From: a virus
Taxonomy: Duplodnaviria; Caudoviricetes
IMG/VR virus record: IMGVR_UViG_3300027419_000016
Span: 1-39,304 of that record
Length of the DNA: 39,304 nt
Reading direction: 5' to 3' (one strand)
Part shown: positions 9,593 to 19,235 of the stretch, piece after piece
Numbering within the stretch: the first letter of the stretch is position 1
How the letters are laid out: the number at the start of each line of letters is the position of its first letter
The notes under the pieces: generated by a model
The model's input: the letters and a program-made list of their open reading frames with translations, nothing else
The model's database searches: none
Told to the model about the DNA's origin: nothing
Made by a program: the position numbers and the translations under genes

Positions 9593-10539
9593 AACCTCTT
9601 TGAAATCCGCACGAGAACATCCCCACCTGCATCGGCTTCCTCAGCCGTTGCCGTCGTGTCATCCGGCCAACCAGCAACTGAATCAGACACCGGAATGGCC
9701 ACCTCATCAATCCCAACCAGATACATGTTGCGGTTGCGAATATCCTCAAGGATCTTGTTGCCAAGGTCGATCTTTTGCGTACCTTCTTTATTGGTGCCGT
9801 CATACCCAACCCCATAGTCCTGAAGGAGCAGATACCCAGCAGCCAACAGTAGTGTCGCATTGTTGAGTGCGCCCGGAACAGGAATATCCGTCGGAATTGG
9901 CAGGGTATACCCGGCAGCCCGCAATGCACCCTTGACAAGACTTTCAGCATTATCACGAAATCGAGAAATAATATCATCGGTCACGTAATCATTATTCTGG
10001 AATCCAGCCTCATTCCGAATCTCCCACAATGTGGCATAGTGACCATAATCACCACCACGGATCGCCTCAGAGTTAGATAATGGCGTTTCAGCAGTGCTAG
10101 TTGAGTTGTAATAGGTTTGCTTGTACCAGTATCCCGACCCACCTGTTGCGTCCGTATATTCGCTGTAGAGTTGCTCGGGGTCGATATTGACGGTTGCTAA
10201 AATAGAGAAGCTGGCATCAGCAGGCGGTTTGCCAGTTACATTGACTGCCCGATAAATACGAATCTGGTTACCTCGGAGTTTGGTAATCACTTCAAAACGC
10301 TTATGAGCAAACGACAGATTAGCAGTTAGGGTGATGTTTTGGTTGGTAATTGACGAAATCTGACGCAATTCAGACTTTTCGTTACCCAATTGGCCCACAA
10401 TTACATAATCGTCAGTTGCATACCCCTGAGCATTTTCTGCCTGGATGACCGCTTGGGAAGCTGCGGCATCGGCATTAAGTTTGCTTTTTTCAGCAGTGTT
10501 CAGAGGATTAAAGTTAATGAGACGGATAATTTCAGCCAT
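9589..10539 (-). CDS. Head-tail adaptor (Mu gp36-like C-terminal domain) with extra N-terminal beta domain
   Basis: C-terminal half YATL.EIR...GYTLPI...VPGAL...LAAGYL; about 165 aa N-terminal extension. Confidence 0.7.
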   Translation of the reverse strand: MAEIIRLINFNPLNTAEKSKLNADAAASQAVIQAENAQGYATDDYVIVGQLGNEKSELRQISSITNQNITLTANLSFAHKRFEVITKLRGNQIRIYRAVNVTGKPPADASFSILATVNIDPEQLYSEYTDATGGSGYWYKQTYYNSTSTAETPLSNSEAIRGGDYGHYATLWEIRNEAGFQNNDYVTDDIISRFRDNAESLVKGALRAAGYTLPIPTDIPVPGALNNATLLLAAGYLLLQDYGVGYDGTNKEGTQKIDLGNKILEDIRNRNMYLVGIDEVAIPVSDSVAGWPDDTTATAEEADAGGDVLVRISKRF

Positions 10540-10547
10540 TGTTCTCC

Positions 10548-10811
10548 TTATCGACGAACTCTCGGCGTAGTTGATGAACCAATAATTCGTGGCGCAGCAG
10601 GTTGGTTGGTATGCAACTGCGTCGTCTGATCATCAACCCTTGTACTCATCATAGCACTGTCAGTAGCTGTTTGGGTAAACGATTTTTGTAACAATCCAAG
10701 GATATTCAAAAACCCAGCCGTCAAAACAGTACGGAATCGTCCAAAAACTCCCCCTGCTCCAGCAGTTGGCTGGGCAAATTTCGCCTTTCCAAAAGCAAAA
10801 CCGCCAAACAC
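10548..10811 (-). CDS. Hypothetical virion protein with MFGGF N-terminal motif
   Basis: GTG start; N-terminus resembles that of 11230..11841. Confidence 0.6.
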   Translation of the reverse strand: MFGGFAFGKAKFAQPTAGAGGVFGRFRTVLTAGFLNILGLLQKSFTQTATDSAMMSTRVDDQTTQLHTNQPAAPRIIGSSTTPRVRR

Positions 10812-10812
10812 C

Positions 10813-11190
10813 TTACACCTTCGGCTCGTCTACCGTGACAGCTTTATCAACCATTTCCTTAGCCTGATTACGGACTTCAATGCGCCAAAGATACTCATGT
10901 TCACCATTCGGGAACTTACACAGGCCCAAGGTGTCCATCATTCGTTTCAGACTGTCATATTCGTCATTGGACAAAACCTCACCAACGGCGATCTTAAGAC
11001 CAATCGGGTAGGCATTAGCCTGATCCTTATCACTCACCCCAAGCCGATCTACGGCCTTACAGTAAGACAAGATCACTGCCCGTAAGTCCAAAGGTTGCGG
11101 GATGGCTGCTCGGTCTTGAGCATCTTTTTTATAGGTGACGACCTCACCCTCAAAGGTTGTGAACGTTTGAGTTGTATCGAGTGAACGCAT
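10813..11190 (-). CDS. Hypothetical protein (possible fibre chaperone)
   Basis: AGGAGG RBS; lies in the fibre cluster. Confidence 0.6.
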   Translation of the reverse strand: MRSLDTTQTFTTFEGEVVTYKKDAQDRAAIPQPLDLRAVILSYCKAVDRLGVSDKDQANAYPIGLKIAVGEVLSNDEYDSLKRMMDTLGLCKFPNGEHEYLWRIEVRNQAKEMVDKAVTVDEPKV

Positions 11191-11229
11191 TGATTACCTC
11201 CTACTACATATTTGGCATTAGCATACCAG

Positions 11230-11841
11230 CTAAACCGTTGGTGCACTATAAAATGGAACGTAATACACCCCATCAGGGATCGGGTTTGTGGCTTGTTCAT
11301 CTTCGATGTAGACCTTAAACCAACCTACGATCGTGCCTGGCGTTGGCATGTCTGCTGCATCGACAAGCGATTGGCTGGCATCAGTTGTGGACTGACCAAT
11401 GAGGCGAAGGAACTCCTCGCTAACGTCGTCTTGTTCAAGACGAAGAACTGGGATTGCCCCAGCCGATGATTGCTGTCGAACATCCAACTGCCCCGCTGTA
11501 TCGGCAGTTGTCATATTACCAATACCAAACCGTCCATCCGGGCCAATCACTGCGCGAACAAAACTGAAAATACTCCCAATCGGGGTCGTTGTGAAATCAA
11601 ACTCGGTCGGATAGGAACCTGCTGACCAGGTTGCAGCTGCCCGCATCCGAATACCAACCTGGATTGTACTATTTTTCCAATCTACCGGTGATTCGACATA
11701 CCAATTAGGTGCGGCAACATCGTACCAATCCTGTAGAATGTCGCTCACCCAATCATCAAAATTATCAATCCACCAAGGTCTAGTAATAATTGGTAGCGGT
11801 TCACCAAATTGTGGTATGGCATAACCAAATCCGCCGAACAT
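11230..11841 (-). CDS. Short fibre-like virion protein with MFGGF N-terminal motif
   Basis: GRFGIG...LDV beta repeat and C-terminal GWFKVYI...YYVPFY. Confidence 0.6.
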   Translation of the reverse strand: MFGGFGYAIPQFGEPLPIITRPWWIDNFDDWVSDILQDWYDVAAPNWYVESPVDWKNSTIQVGIRMRAAATWSAGSYPTEFDFTTTPIGSIFSFVRAVIGPDGRFGIGNMTTADTAGQLDVRQQSSAGAIPVLRLEQDDVSEEFLRLIGQSTTDASQSLVDAADMPTPGTIVGWFKVYIEDEQATNPIPDGVYYVPFYSAPTV

Positions 11842-11847
11842 TGTTAC

Positions 11848-12066
11848 CTACTTTGCTGATTCATCTTTATTTTTTTTGGAAATTTTTTCAACGGCGGTTT
11901 TTTCAATATTTTTGGTTGTTTGTTCTTGCTGCTCATTAAGCTTCTTTGCTATTGCAGCATTTACCGCCTGTAGCTCGCCCTGGATAGCTTCGAGTCGTGA
12001 GATGAGGTCGTAGGCATACGCCTTGAGGTCTGTAAGAGATAAATTATGCATCGATTGCTCCTTCAT
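11848..12066 (-). CDS. Small coiled-coil protein
   Basis: LKAYAYDLISRLEAIQGELQAVN heptads; likely start at 12051 after AAGGAG. Confidence 0.6.
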   Translation of the reverse strand: MKEQSMHNLSLTDLKAYAYDLISRLEAIQGELQAVNAAIAKKLNEQQEQTTKNIEKTAVEKISKKNKDESAK

Positions 12067-12328
12067 ATATTGCTAACTGTTTTAATAATACATACGACTG
12101 GGCATAAATGTTACCAATTCTATCATTCGGAAACTTGATTGGGTATTCCCTGAGTTCTATCGGCGTTGTTATATTATCTGCTCGTGCATCTGAATCCTTA
12201 TACACAGCAACAGTGACCACACAGGTACTTTCACCCTTCGGCGTGAATAGGTTAACCCTTTCAATCCTGTGGTATGCTCCTTGGACGGTTACGCCACCAT
12301 TTAATTCTACATCTTTTATTAATGCCAT
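12044..12328 (-). CDS. Putative fibre assembly chaperone
   Basis: Directly downstream of the large fibre; MALIK...AYHRI...Y..LK...GA.D pattern. Confidence 0.55.
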   Translation of the reverse strand: MALIKDVELNGGVTVQGAYHRIERVNLFTPKGESTCVVTVAVYKDSDARADNITTPIELREYPIKFPNDRIGNIYAQSYVLLKQLAIYEGAIDA

Positions 12329-12336
12329 AATGCTCC

Positions 12337-15300
12337 TTATCTCTGTCCATACAATGTCGCAACTGATCCAGCGACAAATGACCCTGCCGATGGAATAACG
12401 TCGACACGGGTAATTGCGCTTGTGCTACGCCACTCACCTGCGTTGCGGAAGTTCCACATATCAGCGGCGTTGTTACCGAGGCGTGCACCGGACTCAGATT
12501 CGAATGACTTGTACAGCGTGGTGTCAGCGTAGTTATGAATAATTACCTTCCCAGAACCAATCCTACCTGCTCCGACAGAAGCAGCGGACATTGCCCCAGC
12601 ATCATAATATGTCTGGTTGATGCTTCCACCCGAGAAGCTGAAGTTCGTGCCGTTCAAGATGATTCGTGAGAAGTCGTAGTTTGCATTCGCGTCGTTGTTC
12701 ACACGGATGTACGCGACAGCGTTCGTTGCTGCGGTATCGCTCCGGCCACTCCACACCACGATGAGGTTCCGATAGCCAGATGGGATATTCGTAAACGAGT
12801 ACGACGCTGCCGCTCCTGACGCTTCGTCGAGCTTTACGAGATCTCCGACAACCTGCCAGCCAGAATCATAGACTTGGAGCTGGTTATTCGTCGTATCGTA
12901 CGCCATTGGGGTAAGTCCGGTGAATGCTGTCGGAGTCCCAGACGCTTCTCCTGCCATCGATGGGAAGTAGAAAAATCCGGTCGTTGCGTTCGTAGCGAGT
13001 GCAGCGTTCCCGACGACGACAGACCCGGTATTCATAACACGCAAGTCAGGAGTCGTGTCTGTAGTAACACGGAACTTCGTCGATCCAGCACCAGATGCAG
13101 TGTTCGTCACATCAACGTCGAATGAGTGGATGACGAATGCAGCGTTTAGTGTCGTGGTGAAGTTAAAGACGTTCCCGACGTTCGATGTCTGCTCGGCGGT
13201 CGCAACGTTTAACCGGCCGTCCTTGTACTGCCGGAACCGTTCAGATCCGTCTGTTTTCATATAGATGAGCGACGACGCAACAGCCGATGACGTGTCAGTG
13301 AGATCAATAAGTAGTCCGTGATATGTATATGCACCTGCAACTGCAGAGTTAAACGTAAACGCTCCACCGAGGGCTGCTTTGTTATTGTCGCCAGCAGCCG
13401 AGAGCACCGAGACTGTCCCGCCGAGGAACTGGTACATCGGCGCGTAGATTCTCCCGTCTTTCCCGACAGCGAACATTTCTGTTCCACCGACCGTCGTCTT
13501 GATGAGGCGGCTGGCAGCAGCAGATGCTATGTCCGTAACGGCGATGAGGAGGCCATTATCTGTAAATCCGGCGTTGTTCCATGTCTGAGTTGAAGAGATA
13601 CCGCTCGTATATGACCCAGAGTTTAAGTTGACAGTATGGAGTAAGCCACCGACCATATTCATCTGAAGCGTGTTGCTGCCAGACCCTAGATTGAATACCC
13701 GAGAAGTCGTCGACGATGCCGTGTTCGTGACTGCGACCTTGAACCCTGTGTACGAGTACGTCCCGTTGTTAAATGTAATATTTAGGTCATTCGCAGCAGT
13801 CGGGTTCGCTGTGTCTAGCGTAGCAACCTGGAGAAGGTTCCCCTTAATCCCTTGCTGGAAGTACGCCGAGCCGATCGTGAACCGGAATGAATACGAGGAG
13901 ACAGCCGCAGCAGTCGGCGTAACGTTCTGTGAAAACCCAGCAAACGTGACTGCCGCGTTATTCCAGGTTTGTGTCGCAGTAATTGCCGGAGCTGATGCCG
14001 TAATCGTCCCACCAGTCAATGTCGCGCGAGCGAACGTCGGCGCAGCAGCCGTGTGAATATCTTGTGGCGTCGAGAGCGTAAGCGTTGACCCAGATGGCGT
14101 AACCGTAATCTGGTTCGTCGTCCCAGCAATCGTCAGGTCGCCTGTGAGTGTATTGAGACTCGTTACCCCGCCAGCGCCGGCACTCGATGCAATCGTGACG
14201 GTATCCGTTGCGGCATCTGTCGTGATCGTAATGTTTGATCCAGCAGCCAGCGTAAGCGTATCAGTCGCTGTATCTGCGACAACATCGTCTTGCCCGGCGA
14301 CTGCGATGGTCTTAAACGTGAGCTGGTCGCCAGTATTCGATCCAGACGTAGCCTGAACGACTGCCTGCTCTGCTGACGTAAGATGATAATACTCACCAGT
14401 AGCCCCGCCTTGAATACCAGAGAGATCGTTGTGGCTCGTTACACTTGAGCTACCGAGAACGATATCAAACGCACTGTCGATCTCCTCAAACGTCGCGGAA
14501 CTCTTCTGAATAATAATCCTCGCAACGAGCGTCGCATATGATGAGATGATTCCAGGGAGTGTTGCTGGTGGAGTGGTGATTTGTGCTTGTGCGAGTAAGT
14601 AATCGCCTTGTCCGTAGACGACATGAACGCTTGAGTCATGGACGACGTACACCCAGTGAACGCCATATCTATTAGCTGTAAGCGTCCCGAGTGTCCCATC
14701 GCCATCATCGTACTGGGTGTTGTCAATTTGGCTCTGCGTTGCAACCGAAGTCCAACCACCAACTCCGTTCCTGTACCAGTACGTAAACCTGCCAGCACCT
14801 GAGCTGTCGAACGCAGTGGTTGTGAACCGATTAACGAGTTCCGCCCATAGGACGCCAGCAGTAACCGCAATGTTCCGTGTCCCAGTTTCACTGACGATCA
14901 TCCCTGACGCACGTTTGATCGGGTACACTTCTTCGCCGAATAACTGAACTCGACGGTTGAAGTTCCACGCGTTTGTTCCGCAAAGGCGAACAGTTACTGT
15001 TGTCCCAGAACGATATGCGCTACCTAACGTAAACTCACGCGTGAACGAAATAGCATAATAGTTGGTCGTCGCAAGAATCGAGTCTGTCTCGTAGTCGTAG
15101 TAAATGTAGTTGTATGCATTATCCGTTAACGCGAGCGACGCCACTGCATCCCAAGAGACATAATGAACTGTATCACCCTGCCCTTCGTTCAAGGAAGTCG
15201 GTACTGCTGATGGGCCAGCGTCATCTGTTTTCGAGAGTCCACCACCCGCTGCAATCGCAACTGTCCCGTCACCATTATCGGTGATTATTCCACCCCAAAG

Positions 15301-15903
15301 CCTCCCAGACATCGTGATGTTGCTAAACCAATTAAGTTGATCGGTGAAGTCTGACGTGAGTGCGACCGTTCCCGTAGCATCTGGCAGCGTGTACGTTCGA
15401 TTATCTGTATTGGCGTGCGTAAGTGACCCAGCGAACCAACCAATATTAAGATCCAGTGCTGAGTCGGTGAGTGTGATATTCGTACCACTGGCAGCATTGC
15501 TACCAATTGTAAGTGATTCTCCGAGATTTAATCCGCCATAAAGTATCTGACCACCAGCACGGCCAGCTAAAAGCGCGTATAGATCAAATTCATCCTCAAT
15601 GTCCTCAAATGTTTTAGCTGTAATAGTGTTAGCAATACGGTAACCAGCTTGAATCGCCTTAGCAGTTGTGCCACCTTGGGCCCGCGTGACTGTCCAATTG
15701 TGTCCAGCACCTTTGTCTGTGACACGGACAATTTCAGCATTATCAAGTGTCGCCTCCGCCCCATCGGGCCAAATCGTACAATTAAATGGTGCAGCCGGGA
15801 ATCTCCCGCCTTCGCCAGTTGTAATCGTCAATGTTGTGCCCGTCAGTGATGGTGAGGGAGCAACAGTGATAACTGATTCAGCGAGATTCTTATGAGCGTC
15901 CAT
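12337..15903 (-). CDS. Large fibre/spike protein (1188 aa) with internal repeats
   Basis: EIVRVT...TVTRAQGGTTA anchor; G/T/A-rich; repeated T(W/F)NN...VT.TA units; beta-sandwich C-terminus. Confidence 0.8.
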   Translation of the reverse strand: MDAHKNLAESVITVAPSPSLTGTTLTITTGEGGRFPAAPFNCTIWPDGAEATLDNAEIVRVTDKGAGHNWTVTRAQGGTTAKAIQAGYRIANTITAKTFEDIEDEFDLYALLAGRAGGQILYGGLNLGESLTIGSNAASGTNITLTDSALDLNIGWFAGSLTHANTDNRTYTLPDATGTVALTSDFTDQLNWFSNITMSGRLWGGIITDNGDGTVAIAAGGGLSKTDDAGPSAVPTSLNEGQGDTVHYVSWDAVASLALTDNAYNYIYYDYETDSILATTNYYAISFTREFTLGSAYRSGTTVTVRLCGTNAWNFNRRVQLFGEEVYPIKRASGMIVSETGTRNIAVTAGVLWAELVNRFTTTAFDSSGAGRFTYWYRNGVGGWTSVATQSQIDNTQYDDGDGTLGTLTANRYGVHWVYVVHDSSVHVVYGQGDYLLAQAQITTPPATLPGIISSYATLVARIIIQKSSATFEEIDSAFDIVLGSSSVTSHNDLSGIQGGATGEYYHLTSAEQAVVQATSGSNTGDQLTFKTIAVAGQDDVVADTATDTLTLAAGSNITITTDAATDTVTIASSAGAGGVTSLNTLTGDLTIAGTTNQITVTPSGSTLTLSTPQDIHTAAAPTFARATLTGGTITASAPAITATQTWNNAAVTFAGFSQNVTPTAAAVSSYSFRFTIGSAYFQQGIKGNLLQVATLDTANPTAANDLNITFNNGTYSYTGFKVAVTNTASSTTSRVFNLGSGSNTLQMNMVGGLLHTVNLNSGSYTSGISSTQTWNNAGFTDNGLLIAVTDIASAAASRLIKTTVGGTEMFAVGKDGRIYAPMYQFLGGTVSVLSAAGDNNKAALGGAFTFNSAVAGAYTYHGLLIDLTDTSSAVASSLIYMKTDGSERFRQYKDGRLNVATAEQTSNVGNVFNFTTTLNAAFVIHSFDVDVTNTASGAGSTKFRVTTDTTPDLRVMNTGSVVVGNAALATNATTGFFYFPSMAGEASGTPTAFTGLTPMAYDTTNNQLQVYDSGWQVVGDLVKLDEASGAAASYSFTNIPSGYRNLIVVWSGRSDTAATNAVAYIRVNNDANANYDFSRIILNGTNFSFSGGSINQTYYDAGAMSAASVGAGRIGSGKVIIHNYADTTLYKSFESESGARLGNNAADMWNFRNAGEWRSTSAITRVDVIPSAGSFVAGSVATLYGQR

Positions 15904-15915
15904 ATACCCTCAATA

Positions 15916-15955
15916 TAACAGAGGCAGGCCCATTGCTGGAATCCTGCCTCTGCTA
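15916..15955 (-). terminator. Intergenic stem-loop (terminator or stabiliser)
   Basis: UAGCAGAGGCAGG / CCUGCCUCUGUUA 13-bp stem; weak U-tract. Confidence 0.55.
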
Positions 15956-15969
15956 CACGTTTTAACTCG

Positions 15970-16356
15970 TTAAAACTTTGTCAAACCGATTGATACTTGA
16001 AAGGTCGCCGTTGGGTTTGTCCCGTTTGTGAAAGCGAGGGTGTACAGCGCCCGTAATCGCTTGGCCTGGATAATTTCCTTGGCAGCGATCAGTTCACTAT
16101 CGACACCAGTCATTTGCTGGACAGATCCGCTTGTTACGTCCACCCACTTTTCCCCAGAACTATCAGGACTCCACTGGAGTTTGACATCCAGGGCTGTCGT
16201 ATCGGGTGTTCCACCGATGGCTGTTAAGTCAACCCAGAGCGTCGCCTCACGAAAATCCTCAACATCGAGAACTGTGCTTGCCTGAGCTACACCAGCAGCC
16301 CGCGCAGCGGAAGCCAGAACATCGACGACCTTGTTTACATACTGAATCTTTGCCAT
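15970..16356 (-). CDS. Beta-sandwich virion protein
   Basis: Alternating beta pattern, LQWSPD...WVD; lies in the head cluster. Confidence 0.6.
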   Translation of the reverse strand: MAKIQYVNKVVDVLASAARAAGVAQASTVLDVEDFREATLWVDLTAIGGTPDTTALDVKLQWSPDSSGEKWVDVTSGSVQQMTGVDSELIAAKEIIQAKRLRALYTLAFTNGTNPTATFQVSIGLTKF

Positions 16357-16365
16357 ACATACCGC

Positions 16366-17871
16366 CTAGAGCGACAACAGAATATCAATCGGATCATCAG
16401 TGGCAGCAGCATTGCCGAGTGCCTTACCGATCTTCCGAGATTGATCTTCGGCTGCACCAATTGTCACTGTTGCTGTCCGGGCACTTTCGACATCACCCAC
16501 AAGCAGCTTTGTGACCTTATTCATATCGGCTGGGAAATCAACAACTGTTGCGCCAGCAAGCGTTACAGCTTTAAGCGACGCAGTGTAGTCTCCATCCGTA
16601 CCGACAATTCCAATAACTTTAGTCGTCCCCGCATCAGCAAAAGCTCGCGGAGGAACATTGTAAGCTGGTTGATCGCCCACTGGAACACTCACAACACCTT
16701 TCGAGGCATTACCCGCGGTGATAGTTGTGATTGTCTGTGCGCCAGACGTTTCAGTGAAAGTGATTGTGCCAACTGCATTGCCAGATAATTCAATACCTAG
16801 AATAACACCCCAGTCGGCTTTGACTGTGATAACAGGTGTCACACCAGTCAGAACGATGTCTTCCTTGACTACAGTTACACCACCATTAGTTGTACCGTAA
16901 ATTGAAACGGTTTGTGTGTCTCCAGCTGAATCTGAAACAATTGTTACTGAGTCATTAGCTGGTTGATTAGCAAAGTTGCCGCCAGTATCAGAGTCAATTG
17001 TAACGTTTGCAAACGAGCTATCAACTAATACGCCTACGCGGCCAGCTTTACAGGATTTGAGTCGCGCGCCGTAAGGGATTGGGCCATCTGCAACAGCCGT
17101 GAAATTGCCGTAGATACCCATAAACATCGCGGCATCAACAACCTGCGCACCCTCGTCGTTAATCCCGACAATGTTCGCCTCGTTAGTGTCAGCCTCAACA
17201 TAATCGCCTGCACCGTCGACAGAAATTAGGCGATTTGTATTGATTGTGCCTGTGCCAGTTGTATCTGTACGAAGTTTTCCAAAGGCAAGCGCATTCAATT
17301 CATCAGTTTCGGCAGTCAACCCTGAAAGTTTCTGAAGTTCATCGCGAGTTGCTGTCGTCGTTGGCAACACTGCGTCAAAGTACCATTGAGTTGTTGAGCG
17401 GCAGATAAAGACTGCCATACGCTCACCACCCAGGTTAACAGGAGCGTTTGCGCCTGCGCTGTTAATCTGTGCGCCAGTCGCAGGATAAACCTTCAGAGCT
17501 TGTGCGCCAGTATTTACGACAATTACAACGTGGTCTGCTGTACCCGCTGGCAATCGGACGCCAGCCGTACCATCAGCACCAGTCACAATGTTCATCTCAG
17601 CTGTAAGAGCGGTTGCATCTCCTTGAACAGTGCCAGCGGCGGCCTTAGTTGCGCTCGCGCGCGCTAGGCGACCGTCAGGGCTATAGAGAGCGGCTTTACT
17701 CGGTACAGCTGCGCCAGTCGTTGCACCGTCAAGGCGGTTAATTTCAGTGGCGTCAGCTGTCACACCATCAAGAGCAGCCAATTCGGTTGCGATATCGTCC
17801 ATATTCTGGCCGTTGATTACGGCACTATCGAGTGCCGTTCGTCCACGCAAACGACGAGTAACCTTCGTCAT
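16366..17871 (-). CDS. Head fibre / decoration protein with split DUF2190-like cement domain
   Basis: TA...E(I/L)N.L.G repeats; C-terminal half resembles 19236..19625 with a large insertion. Confidence 0.6.
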   Translation of the reverse strand: MTKVTRRLRGRTALDSAVINGQNMDDIATELAALDGVTADATEINRLDGATTGAAVPSKAALYSPDGRLARASATKAAAGTVQGDATALTAEMNIVTGADGTAGVRLPAGTADHVVIVVNTGAQALKVYPATGAQINSAGANAPVNLGGERMAVFICRSTTQWYFDAVLPTTTATRDELQKLSGLTAETDELNALAFGKLRTDTTGTGTINTNRLISVDGAGDYVEADTNEANIVGINDEGAQVVDAAMFMGIYGNFTAVADGPIPYGARLKSCKAGRVGVLVDSSFANVTIDSDTGGNFANQPANDSVTIVSDSAGDTQTVSIYGTTNGGVTVVKEDIVLTGVTPVITVKADWGVILGIELSGNAVGTITFTETSGAQTITTITAGNASKGVVSVPVGDQPAYNVPPRAFADAGTTKVIGIVGTDGDYTASLKAVTLAGATVVDFPADMNKVTKLLVGDVESARTATVTIGAAEDQSRKIGKALGNAAATDDPIDILLSL

Positions 17872-18120
17872 TTAGGCCCCCTTCTTTGATTTCTTGGTTT
17901 TCTTTTCTTCAACTTCTTCTGTCTCGTTGGTTGGTCCACCAACCACTTCTTCGGTTGTTTCCTGGGGCTCTTCAGCCTGTTCACTCGTAACCTCAGATTC
18001 CTGACGAGCAGCACCAGCATCGATCAAGGTCTGAGCGATTTCGGCATCAACGATCATCTTATCCCCGGCATTATATGTTTCGCCATCATGCATAATTGTG
18101 CTTAAGACTTCTAATTTCAT
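17872..18120 (-). CDS. Small post-capsid protein
   Basis: HDGETYNAGD...AQTLIDAGAA motif; GGGAGG RBS. Confidence 0.7.
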   Translation of the reverse strand: MKLEVLSTIMHDGETYNAGDKMIVDAEIAQTLIDAGAARQESEVTSEQAEEPQETTEEVVGGPTNETEEVEEKKTKKSKKGA

Positions 18121-18147
18121 TGTTCCTCCCGTGATTTATTGATGTAT

Positions 18148-18196
18148 TACCAGACGACTCCAGCCCCGAGACTATCCCGAAGCTGGAGTCCGATAC
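18148..18196 (-). terminator. Strong hairpin downstream of the major capsid gene
   Basis: GACUCCAGCUUCGGGA-UAG-UCUCGGGGCUGGAGUC 16-bp stem whose G-U pairs form only on the minus-strand RNA. Confidence 0.65.
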
Positions 18197-18259
18197 CAGT
18201 TTGAAGTCGGGAGACCGTCTTACGAAGTAAGATCATGACATCTCCTCTCTTTAACCTAG

Positions 18260-19204
18260 TTAGGCAACTGCGTTTTTGACAAGGTAGGCAGCGTTCGCAG
18301 CGACAACTTTCTGTTCGTAGTAGTCAGATACCGAGACGAACTCACCCTTCACACCCGGCTCAGTCCAGCGTTCCACTTCACGTGGTGAACGGAGGGTCAT
18401 GGTGTAGCCCAGGGATGGAGCCTTAATCTTCGGTGAAGGCTCAACGTATGCAACCCATAGGTGCTTGCCCCAAACTTGACCAATCGCGTCAGTTTGACCT
18501 TCATCGGCGGTGTTCTTCTTAACATTGCCGACCCAGACATTTGCGATACCACTTTCCGAGAACAAGCTCTTAAAGAGTTCGAGGGTCAAGACGGCCAACT
18601 GGCTGTATTTAACACGCTCAAGGAGATCTGGGTGGTGCATGAGTTTCGCCCACACGTCGTAGCCCATGAAGATGGTGTTTGGCATACGAACAGAACCAGT
18701 GTTGACCGTGTTGATTGCGGTCTGGATGTTGGCAAACGGATCGGAGTTAGCGTAATCGCTCCACTGTGACGTGCCAGATAAGGTGGTGTTCTGGGTGATA
18801 ATAGCTGTGTCGGCGAGAGTAGTCGCGAGAGCATTTTCTTTCTCAAGCCAGATCGCCTCAGTCAAGAGCTCGGTTGCATCGGTGCGAGGCTCAAGCGGGC
18901 TATCATACTGCTCAAGGACATCTCGATCAATGAAGTGTTCAAGCGCATGGTCATTCAACGGGCCATAGGTCTGCTGAGTGACGTTGTAAGTTACTTCATT
19001 GGCTCGGGCACGACCCGTCCGACGGGTATTCGACGGTATACGAAGGTTGGTCTTATCGTACTCGAAGTAGATACCAGTTTTCTTGTCGACTTTGACCACC
19101 GGGAAAATCTTCTCAGAAATATAGCCCATGCCGTTAAGCATGTTCGAGTATTTCACTGAGAGGTTGCGCAACACCTTATCGGCGTATGCATCACGTACTT
19201 GCAT
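18260..19204 (-). CDS. Major capsid protein (HK97 fold)
   Basis: 314 aa after protease and cement genes; WSDYANSDP, PNTIFMG motifs. Confidence 0.9.
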   Translation of the reverse strand: MQVRDAYADKVLRNLSVKYSNMLNGMGYISEKIFPVVKVDKKTGIYFEYDKTNLRIPSNTRRTGRARANEVTYNVTQQTYGPLNDHALEHFIDRDVLEQYDSPLEPRTDATELLTEAIWLEKENALATTLADTAIITQNTTLSGTSQWSDYANSDPFANIQTAINTVNTGSVRMPNTIFMGYDVWAKLMHHPDLLERVKYSQLAVLTLELFKSLFSESGIANVWVGNVKKNTADEGQTDAIGQVWGKHLWVAYVEPSPKIKAPSLGYTMTLRSPREVERWTEPGVKGEFVSVSDYYEQKVVAANAAYLVKNAVA

Positions 19205-19235
19205 GGCGTTCCTTTCGTTCTAACTCTCACTAATC

